Assembly (NCBI RefSeq): GCF_964355755.1
Contig: NC_092679.1
Coordinates: forward strand, 15,049,432 to 15,113,431
Length of the DNA stretch: 64,000 bases
Source: Antedon mediterranea
Lineage: Eukaryota; Animalia; Echinodermata
Direction of reading: 5' to 3'
The translations under genes were made by a program, and so were the position numbers. Each line of letters begins with the position of its first letter. Position 1 is the stretch's first letter. Of the stretch, positions 46,201-56,600 are shown piece by piece. The notes under the pieces were generated by a model. The model was not told where the DNA came from. It worked only from the letters and a program-made list of their open reading frames with translations, and did not search any database.

Positions 46201-48719
46201 CAAAAATAACTAACAATGTTATTGTTTGTTTATAATTAATATTTAGTGTTTATCATAAATATTTTTAAATTATCATCTATCCACTAAGTTTTATGCTAAC
46301 AATATTTTTATTAAAACTAATACAGTTTTTATGAATATGGTCATTTGTTTCTATATCAAGCATTTTATATCATTTTTACTATAAATAATTATTTTATTAT
46401 GATTATTATGATTATACACCAGAGGTTCCAACATTAGATAACAGGAAACTTTATAAAGAAGTAGCCAAAGCATAGAGGGTGTTATCATTTTCTAAAATAC
46501 ATTCAAACATAGAGGGTGCTATTAACAAAGTCTTGTACATCAGCATCTATATACAGTAGTAAACAATGGGTATGCGAAGCACTTTCCAAGAGTGACAAAT
46601 GCTAATGTGGTAAAGGGGGAAAATATCCATCTGGTGAAATTTAACCATTAGCCAGAGATAAGAAATCGCTTAAACTATTGGGAAACTCCCATGATTATTA
46701 GGAGTCTTGGGATGTCTGCGTATTTAATATTATATAAACACATACATTTACAAAACAGTTTAGACTTTTTAAAGCCTGAAGATTATCCAATGAATGGATC
46801 TGTTTGTAGGTTTGGAAGATTTGTAGGCAGATAGTATCCTGTCTTATTGGTTTACTGTGCCATTGTTATGCTTTATACAGACAACTCTTTCTTTATATAC
46901 GTTGGCACAAGTTCAAATAATTCAAAGTCAAAATATTTTAAAGAAAGGTCTAATGAGATTTTTAAGTAAAAATGATAATATATAAAAAAATTGCTGAGTG
47001 GTTAAGATGGTTCCATCAAACCACAGCCATAGTTCTAGATAACGTTTTTGGATAAAGAATTCTGCAGCAAAAAATGTTCTGATTAGTTAAAATAATAGTC
47101 AATTTTGGCGGAACCATACCAATAGTGGCATTACACAGGAGGCATAGGCTGTTGGTTTAGTACTCCCCAGGCGACCTCCAATGTTGGTTAGATGCAGTGG
47201 GCTGCTCATGCTCTGGGACCGCTTAAGCACTGGGGCCCCTAGTTTTAGCCAGTGAGCGCTCTTGGCCGTTACACCACTGCTTACCAACCATCTGCATTAA
47301 AATGTGTTATTCAATCAAATATTACTTATGGTCTAGAAGTCTCGGGTAGTACTTATAAGTCGCATATATCTTATTTAACTTATCCAAAAAATGTGTCTAA
47401 GATGTATAACTTTCTCTGATTTTATGGCTTCATCTTCTCCATTATTTAAAGACCTTTTTTATATATTTTTGTATTTTAGACGTTTATAAGTTGTTTGAAT
47501 TAAGTATAGTTAAGTTTGTTCATAACCAAATTAATGGCAAAACACCACATCAAACTATGGAATACTTTATTTAATTACACATAATCCTAGTACCAGACTT
47601 AGTAATACAAAGAATTTTGCTAAAATAATTTTCTGAAAGCTCGTACAGATGCTGGCAAATTTATAATTTCTATTAATGGAGCTTAACTTTGGAATAATTT
47701 ACTATACCCTTATCTATAAAGTGTACCTCTTCAAGATTTAAATTCATAAATGAAGTTAAATGTTTACTTTTACGAAAATAATAATGTTAGCTCTTGTTTA
47801 CTTTATTTCTTTTATATAGTTGTTGTTTCTTTCTTATTGTTGTTAGATCAAAATTTATGCATTTTGACTAATTTATTTTTTGTGACAGGAGCCATACCTT
47901 GATTAGCGAAAGCTATTTTTTTGGCTCTTTTTCACATAATGTACTCTTTGTATTATGTAAATAAATTTGAAAGTAAAAAGTATATATTTAAAGGCTTCCA
48001 GAGAAGGTTCTAAAGCCTGAAGACTTTGAAAGCCTAAAGAGTGGCAACCAGCAGTGGAGGCCTAGGATTGGATTTAACTCCAACTTTCCACGTGCTAGTC
48101 TGGGAGGTGCTGGGCACCGGATGGTCAAGTATGTTAAGACGTTTTTGTAAAAGAATTTGCACGTATTTTAAATCATTGTTTATTACAATTGTTTTACTTC
48201 ATCATGTTTTTGCACATTTTTATAAATACTGTATTCATTCGATTAAACGATTAGGAGGAGGGGGCGTTATTCAAAGTGGGTCGTTTTTTCTAATAAATAC
48301 GTTATTTGTTTGTTATTGATTTTGATAGTTTGAATAGTTTAGTAATAGTTTAACGTTCAATGACAGTGTTACAAGGTTTCTTCTAAATCTTTTTTGAGTA
48401 GGCCTACAATTTCAATGAAGACTTTTCATTATGAATAGGAACTCATTTGGCAAACAATACGTTGCTAATTGTAATTATTGGAAAAGCTGTACTCTTGAAA
48501 TTGAACAATTTCATTTCTTTTTGTTATATATTAAATATGCATTTTACTGAATATAAATGTTAAAACGAATTTTTTATATAACTTGTTTTATAATAATTGT
48601 ATATGATTACAGCCATTACACATCTATTCCTCCTCCCAAATCGTTGATGGGTTCAGGACCTCGTTTTGATGGTCAAAGGTCACGCAGAGGAGGTCAGAAC
48701 TATGGAGATTATAATCAAG
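28133..48719 (+). CDS. XRN2: 5'-3' exoribonuclease 2 (XRN2/Rat1); 27 exons traced (859 codons), final exon(s) not located
   Basis: Motifs [99 protein letters not shown] knuckle [54 protein letters not shown]. All exons are GT-AG and in phase. Confidence 0.95.
28661..31150 (-). mobile_element. 5'-truncated L2/CR1-group LINE in XRN2 intron 1, antisense, with frameshifted RT
   Basis: RT motifs [48 protein letters not shown] and C-terminal [14 protein letters not shown] are spread over three frames (29717-31162). The 3' tail ...GGGCGCTATAGAAAT(AAAT)n lies at 28661-28735. Confidence 0.9.
28900..29504. mobile_element. piggyBac-like MITE inserted in the LINE 3' UTR
   Basis: TTAA on both sides (28896-28899, 29505-29508); TIRs CACATTGACTGCCA / TGGCAGTGAACGTG; subterminal GACGTA..TACGT palindromes. 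Confidence 0.8.
31272..31399 (+). CDS. XRN2: XRN2 exon 2
   Basis: [42 protein letters not shown]. Confidence 0.92.
31907..32080 (+). CDS. XRN2: XRN2 exon 3
   Basis: [10 protein letters not shown]...[23 protein letters not shown]. Confidence 0.92.
32524..32725 (+). CDS. XRN2: XRN2 exon 4
   Basis: [10 protein letters not shown]...[13 protein letters not shown]...PGWKDLK. Confidence 0.9.
33062..33134 (+). CDS. XRN2: XRN2 exon 5
   Basis: [24 protein letters not shown]. Confidence 0.92.
33187..33397. mobile_element. MITE family B
   Basis: caaggcaatctaacagg...ctgttgttagattaccttg. Confidence 0.65.
33849..33899 (+). CDS. XRN2: XRN2 exon 6
   Basis: [16 protein letters not shown]. Confidence 0.9.
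33960..34098 (+). repeat. 16-bp tandem repeat (CATGGACAATTTACCA)n
   Basis: About 8 degenerate units, directly visible. Confidence 0.85.
34321..34338 (+). CDS. XRN2: XRN2 exon 7 (18-nt microexon)
   Basis: ttattttcag|CTGATTTGATTATGCTTG|gtaggt supplies ADLIML(G) of the conserved motif. Confidence 0.88.
34563..34652 (+). CDS. XRN2: XRN2 exon 8
   Basis: [29 protein letters not shown]. Confidence 0.9.
34784..34833 (+). CDS. XRN2: XRN2 exon 9
   Basis: [17 protein letters not shown]. Confidence 0.87.
35197..35268 (+). CDS. XRN2: XRN2 exon 10
   Basis: [24 protein letters not shown]. Confidence 0.88.
35505..35638 (+). CDS. XRN2: XRN2 exon 11
   Basis: YLEKEL...[27 protein letters not shown]. Confidence 0.92.
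35748..36970. mobile_element. Probable Helitron/Helentron-type non-autonomous element in XRN2 intron 11
   Basis: Perfect 13-bp hairpin CTAGATGGTACGC/GCGTACCATCTAG (35750-35786) at one end; CpG-retaining interior with internal direct repeats; right end approximate. Confidence 0.45.
37199..37256 (+). CDS. XRN2: XRN2 exon 12
   Basis: [19 protein letters not shown]. Confidence 0.9.
37583..37640 (+). CDS. XRN2: XRN2 exon 13
   Basis: [19 protein letters not shown]. Confidence 0.9.
37798..37892 (+). CDS. XRN2: XRN2 exon 14
   Basis: [31 protein letters not shown]. Confidence 0.88.
38362..38403 (+). CDS. XRN2: XRN2 exon 15
   Basis: [14 protein letters not shown]; phase 0/0. Confidence 0.72.
38982..39062 (+). 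CDS. XRN2: XRN2 exon 16
   Basis: [27 protein letters not shown]. Confidence 0.75.
39824..39954 (+). CDS. XRN2: XRN2 exon 17
   Basis: [10 protein letters not shown]...[11 protein letters not shown]. Confidence 0.83.
40098..40480 (+). repeat. ~200-bp tandem duplication
   Basis: atcaaaattg..gcaaaaggctgaattacatgata...ggcataaaacagtatataaaaaagtgcatgtacaaatcac occurs twice. Confidence 0.8.
40527..40687. mobile_element. MITE family A
   Basis: agctctgtctacactagcaaac...gtttgatagtgtagacagagct. Confidence 0.75.
40771..40855 (+). CDS. XRN2: XRN2 exon 18
   Basis: [28 protein letters not shown]. Confidence 0.9.
41175..41288. mobile_element. MITE family A
   Basis: agctctgtctacactatcaaact...tttgatagtatagacagagct. 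Confidence 0.75.
41701..41862 (+). CDS. XRN2: XRN2 exon 19
   Basis: [34 protein letters not shown]...KGTKP. Confidence 0.92.
42145..42790 (+). repeat. ~113-bp minisatellite, 5-6 copies
   Basis: Unit catcatctcatgtcccatccatctgaagctgtgacctcataaccac...ttcattctgtaag recurs at ~42370, 42483, 42597, 42710. Confidence 0.9.
42881..43043 (+). CDS. XRN2: XRN2 exon 20
   Basis: [15 protein letters not shown]...[18 protein letters not shown]. Confidence 0.92.
43578..43661 (+). CDS. XRN2: XRN2 exon 21
   Basis: [27 protein letters not shown]. Confidence 0.9.
44002..44105 (+). CDS. XRN2: XRN2 exon 22
   Basis: [34 protein letters not shown]. Confidence 0.87.
44666..44745 (+). CDS. XRN2: XRN2 exon 23
   Basis: [26 protein letters not shown]. 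Confidence 0.82.
44881..45360. mobile_element. Harbinger-like MITE interrupted by a SINE
   Basis: Inverted ends aaagc..ctag..acgaaacgcaaggac / gtccttgcgttacgttctagtgggaaccacgcttta. Confidence 0.5.
44906..45213 (-). mobile_element. Same Deu-like SINE, third copy, inserted in a MITE
   Basis: Near-identical reverse complement with a small internal deletion; flanked by gac/gac. Confidence 0.85.
45432..45488 (+). CDS. XRN2: XRN2 exon 24
   Basis: [18 protein letters not shown]. Confidence 0.8.
45869..45937 (+). CDS. XRN2: XRN2 exon 25
   Basis: [22 protein letters not shown]. Confidence 0.83.
47123..47279. mobile_element. Old hAT-like MITE
   Basis: Decayed TIRs tagtggcattac / gttacaccactg (consensus CAGTGGCGTAAC); 8-bp TSD cataccaa/cttaccaa; internal GGGGCCCC. 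Confidence 0.6.
47994..48128 (+). CDS. XRN2: XRN2 exon 26
   Basis: [44 protein letters not shown]. Confidence 0.83.
48613..48719 (+). CDS. XRN2: XRN2 exon 27
   Basis: [35 protein letters not shown]; low-complexity C-terminal tail; donor gtcagt. Confidence 0.75.
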
Positions 48720-50189
48720 GTCAGTGTTCTAATTATATATTGCTTAATGAAAATAAATTTTATGTATCATTTTTATATATTCTACTGTACAGCTCTTATT
48801 GGGATATTAAATTAACTATAGTGCTCTCTACTTATACAATTGAGTACTGCAATTTTCTGAGGTGAAATAGCGGTCCCAATTTTTGCTTGGCTTTTGCATA
48901 TAAACAATAACATTCAAAATGAACTCAATCTAACTACACTAGCCAGGCCTAGGAATATGTTGTTTTATGTTGACACAATTAACAGTGTGTGCATTTATAA
49001 AACAAATAATTAATGTTATATAATCGTGCGATGGAAGAAATAATGTTATTCGATAAAAATATAACCTGAAGTTATTCATTATTATACTAATCCAGTATTG
49101 TACAGTTCTAGAAATAGGGACAACACCCCTTGTCACGTGCATGTTTGTTTTTTGTTTTGCTTTTGCGTTTTATTTTAATCGCAAAGGACTAATTGATATC
49201 AGCAGTTTTAATTATAGATTTAACATTTTGATGAAAATATTAAAAAAATATAAATAACATGTTATTGCATGCAAAAGGTCAGCCTCATTATTGACCTTTG
49301 AAGACCAGATAATCCTGATATTCTTGGAATTCCTCAATTAATTAATAAGTCTTCTTAAATCATCAAAGAAAACAAATTACGAAACTCAATATGATACTTG
49401 GTCATCTGGATTTCTTTGCCAAAGCGTGCCAGTTGGTGGAGGCGCTAATCCAATCGTTTCCTGACATGTTTCCTAAGTCACAGGGGAGAGGGAATTAAAT
49501 AACCCAATTGTTTTTCGCCAACTCCTGAACTTATCAGTCAATCAAAGTCCTTCTTCCTGAACGATATACTAAAATTACATGGAATGGTATGTATGACGTG
49601 TAAAAAAAATTAGGCCACATAATCTGACCTGGAAGTGTATTAATATAATCCTAATATTCAGTACGATCTCCACATTTTATCCCTATGTCATATATACTGT
49701 GTATGCTGTTATTTTTGTGGTGGTTTAATTTTTTGCGATTGAGAACTTTACCTCAAAATTATCAACGTACGAAAAATTCTGATTGAAGGGGAAAAAACCT
49801 GTAAGCAAATTTCACATGCTTATCGTATCGTTTCGGTCATTATAGCAACGATCGACAATGATGCTTCGTTTCACAGTTAGTTTAGTAGAAGGTTTGTGAA
49901 GCTAAAAATAATAAAATATTTCATTTGACATTGCTTAGACTTAGTCAAATAAAGTAAAAGGCTGCTGTCTATGCTTTACATGCTTCGTAATACCAAAAAA
50001 TTGTATACAGCAATTAGCTAGGCATAGGCTAAAATTGAAATAGAAAATTTCAACACGCAAACATTTTAAGAAAGTGGAAAATTGTTAAAAATTCTGTACA
50101 CAAAAAAATAACATTTATATAAATCTTGTTTCATTCATTTACTTACTTATTCATTTCATTTACTATTTGCCTTTTCTTATTATTCCAGA

Positions 50190-50640
50190 CAACACTTTCC
50201 CCAGCCAACCCTTTCCTTAACCAACCCTTTCCCCCAGCAAACCCTTTTCCCACCCAACCCTTTCCCACCCAACCCTTTCCCCAGGCAACTCTTTCCCCAC
50301 GCGACCCTTTCCCCAGCCGACCCTTTTCCCAGCCGACCCTTTTCCCAGCCGACCCTTTTCCCAGCCGACCCTTTTCCCAGCCGACCCTTTCCCCACCCAA
50401 CCCTTTCCCCACCCAACCCTTTCCCCACCCAACCCTTTCCCCACCCAACCCTTTCCCCACCCAACCCTTTCCCCACCCAACCCTTTTCCCACCCAACCCT
50501 TTTCCCACCCAACCCTTTTCCCACCCAACCCTTTTCCCACCCAACCCTTTCCTTAACCAACCCTTTCCTTAACCAACCCTTTCCCCCAGCAAACCCTTTC
50601 CCTAGCCAACCCTTTCCCTCAGCCAACCTTTTTTCCCACC
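50190..50640 (+). repeat. C-rich 14-15-bp tandem repeat (CCCAACCCTTTCCCA)n, G-quadruplex-prone on minus strand
   Basis: About 30 units; the minus strand reads (GGGAAAGGGTTGGGT)n. Confidence 0.9.
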
Positions 50641-53600
50641 TTGCCTTTCACCATTCACTTGTCACTTGAGCCTTTTGTAATTTACCACCAAACCCGTAAA
50701 CTTAGCATTTTTGTTGAAACATATTTCAAACCTGTGTTTTATGCTATTGCACAAAAATATTTGAGATTTTATCATTGACATATAGATAAAACATAATAGA
50801 AAGTGAATGACTTTATAAATTGTTATTTACTGTATATAAAAAATGTTAAAGCCCCCTCTGTTTAATACTATTTTTTTTGGCGATATTTTCTTGGTATTGG
50901 CTAACTGTAATGATGCTTACAAAAATGAAATATGTGTGTAACAATATCTAGTAATGTATCATAAGTAGTAGCATGCAATTCCATATCATTTATGACCTAC
51001 TACTATAATTGTCATTGTTAGTGTCACCAATGTATTTCTCTCTTCTCTTGAAAACAGTTTTTTACTCCGATCAGTTGGTGAAACTTACTGTGGAGATTGG
51101 TAATTCTTTCCGTCAGAGAAAGTTACCAGGCGGTTACAAGCTGTAAAACTTGCTAGCCGATTGTCTTTTATAAAAAAGTCTAATGCGATTGCGGCTTGAG
51201 TGACTCATGCTATAAGTATTGATATTACTCAGCGATAAAAGATGCTGATTTTGCGACAGATTAGTAAAAGATTTAAATTTTAGATCCTGTTCTTGATCAG
51301 AAAAGTTATACTTTAATTTCATCTCTGCATCTTATTGTGTTGATTTTGTATTTGTTGTTAGTTACAATCAAAGGCAAGGCTTTTCTTCAATGATTTCCAC
51401 ATCTGTCTACACTATCAAAAAAGTGGTAGTATATGGCCAAATAAAAATCAATCATAAAACATTTATTTCCAAAAAATGATGGTCACTTAGAACCGGGTAA
51501 AATATTATAATGATATGACAACATCATGTCTATATATATATATATCTTAGATATTTTTTTGTTTTGTTTGTGTTTCCTTTCATCAGTTCTTCACTCAATT
51601 AAAAAATTAATCAAATAAGCAGTTGAATCTAGCAAAACTCAGCTGTTGACGCCTCGGTGCATGTAAACTCCAAGGTTTTGCTAAGTGATGTTAGCGTGGT
51701 ATTATCATTTGTTTCTTTAAGACAAAAAAAGTAGCTTAAACATTCTTTTGTTGTCATTCACCACTCATTTTTATTTCCAAAATTTCATGATAAAAACCCT
51801 TTTTTCTACATCTACATTTTTAGAATATGGTATTTTATTTGTAGATAATAGCGAAGTATATTTTAGTAAGGTTTTAGATAAACAACTTTGTATGTGGATG
51901 AAATACAAAATAGAAAAAAATTGGTACAGAAAGGACAGATTCAATATTATAAGGAATGTTAAGAAAAGTTAAAAACTGATTTCCACTTTGAGTTCTATGA
52001 ACTTAGAAAACGTATAGGCAATTAAATGATTAACAAATAGAAAATTACTGTACTAGCAGCATATGAAAGTTACAATCATATTCAACTTTTTATTCACCAT
52101 TCCCCTATTGATTCCAACATAGAAGGAATGTCCGATCAAATACAAACAATTTTCTTCTCATTTTATTTGTCCAATTTATATTACCCTCTTGAGTAAACCC
52201 TTTGTTACCCACTCACAGCATTCCCCAAGGTCTTATTTTTGGTAAGATTATCTAGAACGATTAAAGGGAGGTCCTGACCATTCACTGTTAGGCAATCAAA
52301 TGGTCAAGCGGTTGAATACAACGTTCATTATTTCACTACGAAGCAGTCGGTATTATTCTGAGTTCTACCCGAGGCAGTGTACGGTTCAGATTTCAATATT
52401 CAATCAATTTATGATCTCAAATATCATCATCGTAACAATAATTTTTTCAAGACGATGAATGATGTTAACGCCTGATAACGGATCGGTCACTTTCGTAGCC
52501 ATTGCAATACTCGCACAAGTTCTAATCATGCCTTCAAGTGAATATTGAATTTTAGCCATTTTTAACACTTTTGAAGTACCACATACTATTTTTAGGGCGG
52601 TGTTTTCTTTTCGTCTTTACAGTATTATATTTCAATATATGTGTTTGTATTTTATGTAAATGTATTTAAAAAAAATTGAACGTGCTCTCAAAAACACTTT
52701 AAAACCACTTTACATTCAAATTCAGATTTAGAATGATTTCTATTCTATATAATTTTAATAAACTAAGTATTTTAAAATGTCTGTATAGTTGCAACGTCAT
52801 TTATATTTTCAAGGCCTATTTAAAAAATCCACATAACACGCTAGAACCCCTCCTTTGGAACACTATCTTGTGGAACGAATGCAGGGAAGTATGTTTTGTA
52901 ACACTACAGCCAACCCCTCAAGGAGAATCTTTTCTGGGATTCTCCTTTAGAACCAATGATCTTAATTAAAAAAACTAAGTGTAAATTTACAGTTTACATA
53001 GAAACAGGTCATATAAGAAATGCCATTTAAAGTTATATTAAACTTTATCTATTATTAAGGAAAAAGCTTAAAAATGTTGGGAAAGTTGACGGTGATATAT
53101 TGTTTTAGGCTGATATAAGACAATTTTCAACTTTGTTGGAAATTTACCACATGTAAGAAACAGATGGGTTTCGTCAAGTATGCATAATAATAAAAGAAAT
53201 AGTCAATAACCTCAAGATCGTAATAGGTTGTTAACTACTATAATCATAGTATAAAAAATTAACAATTGCAAAACATTTCATTCATGACAGTATTAAGATG
53301 ATCTATTGGGTTGTAATCACGGATTACGTTGTCGGTGACCATCAAACGACAAACTTGACCCGTCTGCCTTGTTCCCGACAAAAACCGACTGGCAATAGGA
53401 AAGAAGGATTGATTCTAAAGTTGCAGATTTTCTTTGCAGTTTGTTTTGTTGTGTTTAGCAGGCTAGGAGATGTCCTTGTTTAGGACTTATCAGAACTTAT
53501 CCCAGGGATCAAAAGCAGCAGAAACTATGGATGTGTGAATCGTGATGGACAATAGGAAACAATAGTTAGATACGTTGAATTGTTTGTGACCTAGTTATTA

Positions 53601-56600
53601 ACCGCAGTTTCTTATTTCGGCCAATAAACTTGTAATCTTCATGTCGTGCATAGGTTACGGACGGACGTTGAATACGTGCGGCCGATCATTAGCCACAGAC
53701 GACCGCCGTGTTTTGGTGGTCAATATCGAGGCCATGAATCATCGACATGTATAATTACATCATTTATTTTAATTTAATCTTATTGATACATTTTTAAGTG
53801 TTTTTATTCACTTCAGATTCGTCATTGCTAGTACATTTTTCATCATCATTCTTTCGCAATCAACATCATCATTTTGTCATAGTTGACGTCATCTCGAATC
53901 AAAACCTTTTTTTTTAAAATGCCATCAAAGAATGGAATAAGTTATTAATTAATAATAAAGAATCTTAAACTATTTTTTGTTTAAAAAATCAATTAAAAAA
54001 TTGAATTTAGATTTTTTGCTTTGTTATTTTTGCTTTCTTGACTTTTTAATCTTCCAACGGACCCCGTTGGAAAAAAGTTTGTTGAGGACTTTTATAAGTT
54101 ATCCTTGGCTATATTTTGATAATGTTTTTGATGTTTCTTTCTGTGTCCTGTATATAATATTATTTATTTGTATTTTTCCATATTAAAAATATTAAAACAG
54201 CAGCAAAGATGCTGAATAAAGTTTTCATTTACATGCTTATTTTTAATATGTTAGCGATGCACCACAGTATTATTTAGTAACAGTAGGTAGGCCCAAAGTT
54301 GATTTTGTAATTCATATAAAAACCTGTTTGCTGCCACCATTTAATTATTTAGTAAGCCAGTGTGTTTCTGACACATAAATAGAGCGGCCAATAGAATAGC
54401 TATTATTTGCCGTTATGCCTGCTTTATGCAATAAGATTTGTTGGCAAATGAATGTTTTTAAATTTTGCTAAGACATTTTTTATGAATATTTAAGACAGAC
54501 TGTATTTAAAGATTAATTCGAGGTATGTCATGATTGTGCATTTCTGGAGCATCTAAATATCCCTTATTTAAAAAATTAACAAAACAAAATGTTTGCAATG
54601 TTTTTATTATGTAGAAAATAAATAAACATAAATACATTTATTTAAAAATTACAAAGCATAATAAATGTTTACAAAATATTTTACTTATTATATTTAAAAT
54701 AATATAGACTTAATTAAGATAAAATTCCATGATAAAAGCATCCTTAAAATATGACTTTACACATGACGGTACTTATATCATGGATCTATTCATTTATAGG
54801 TCCAGCTTATATATTAAATTATTAAATGCAAAATTTTTCAAAATCATGGGACACTAGGGTACCCATAAGTGTGAATTAGTACAAAACCTAAATATGGTAT
54901 AATATTTAACAAAAATTGATTAAACTGATATTTTATAATTAGATTCTACTTCACCTAGATTTTTCCATCAGAAGTCCAGTAGACACTGTCTGGAAAATAG
55001 AAACAGCGTAGGAACAATGGTATATATTCCCTTGGGAGCCAGTGGGAAGCACGTCAACCATAGGGATCTGTTAAATTCCAGAGAATTCCACATGTATACT
55101 TAGTGGAGATATTCCACCGGGAAGTTTTGTGAAAGACACGCAGCAAAGGCAGCTCACGGTAATCACAACGGGAAAACATGGAAACGAGTTGTCTAATGAT
55201 TGGCATGTGGTTTGATAAAAAACTGACCATAGTTTTTGTATTGATTTTACATGACAGTGAATTATTAGAAAACCATACTTTGTAGTTATTGTTAGGTTTA
55301 ACTTCCTTCCTTCTTTGAAACTATACCTACCTATATGTATATTGGGTTTTTTTATAAGTTAAAAAATATATATATAAAGAAAATTAATAAGCAGTTTATT
55401 AATTGTACAACAAATTGTTACAAAAATTCTTACCATCTAATAGTACATTTAATCATTGAAATGGGAAGAAATAATGCACATCATGTGATTCGAAATCAAC
55501 CAATGAAATAGCGAGGATGAGCATGTAATGTATAGTTATGCCTATTTAACTTTAACTATTCCACGGCTAGTCTCTTTCAAACCCTCAACCTCTCCACAAC
55601 CCAATATCTACTTTCATGTTAGTTGTGTTAATTCTATCCTGGTGAATATGACTGCCGTTTGCAACACGCATTTTCCAAAACCGGGATAATTTAACATTTA
55701 TTCATTTCTATCAACGGTACAATGATAAAAATATAATATAAAAATATATTATACAAAAAATTAGGGTCATGTGCAAAAATATTCAGTTATAAAGAAGTGT
55801 ATTTCATGTTTATCAACTTTTTAGTGGAAGTTTTCATCTCTGTCAGTTGATTTAAAATTTAAAAAAAAAAAATATTTGTGACATAGAGTACGCATCCATG
55901 TTTTGCTAGGCTGGTTCATACACAGGTGTGAATTGCTTTGTCCAGCTACATTTGACATGCCCTCATCCTTAGCCCATGTCCAAATACTGGACACTTAAAA
56001 CTATTGTTAGCATGTTTGGCCTCCCCTTTGCCTTTGTTTGTCTCACAATAAGTAGGAGGCATACAAGAACAGTATGCTAATATTTTACAGCCACACACAA
56101 ATCTGGTGTGAAAGATTGTTTACCAAAACTTGCCTAATTATGTCATTACTTACAGATAGTAAACTGTTGTCAGCCGTCAATCATGAAAGTTTTTGTTTTC
56201 ATAAACAAACAAAATGGCTGTTCTGTTTAAAATATATGTGATTTTCCCCTTTGTACTTTTTTAACAGCCATTGATTTAATCCTACCAAAAGATGAGACTT
56301 ATATCAACTAGTAACATGTATTTTTTAATATTGAAATCGTTAAGCCCTGGTCATATTAGACTATTACAGGTTGTTTTTTTTTCACACACCAGTCAGAGCC
56401 ATGTGGGGTACAAAATATTAAAAAGAACTTTTAAAGTGCAATAGAACTATACTGTGATATGCAATTAACCAATCAAATGGTAACGATACTCTTAGGTGTG
56501 TTATAAAAACTAGATTGTAGCAGAGCAAGTAAGCCAGACACAAATAGATAAAGTCTACTGAGCAGCCTTAGCCGTCCCATGTAGTTTCAAGTGAGTGTAA

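Noticed and set aside
47099-47290. GC-rich, stem-forming island initially suspected to be a structured ncRNA (contains CGCCTGGGGAGTAC on the minus strand, as in 16S rRNA)
   Set aside because: Better explained as a decayed hAT MITE with TIRs and an 8-bp TSD; the rRNA-like match is short and has no flanking similarity.
50126-50626. Four overlapping 107-148 aa ORFs (PFP- or GW/GK-rich)
   Set aside because: They result from a stop-free tandem repeat that is open in several frames on both strands.
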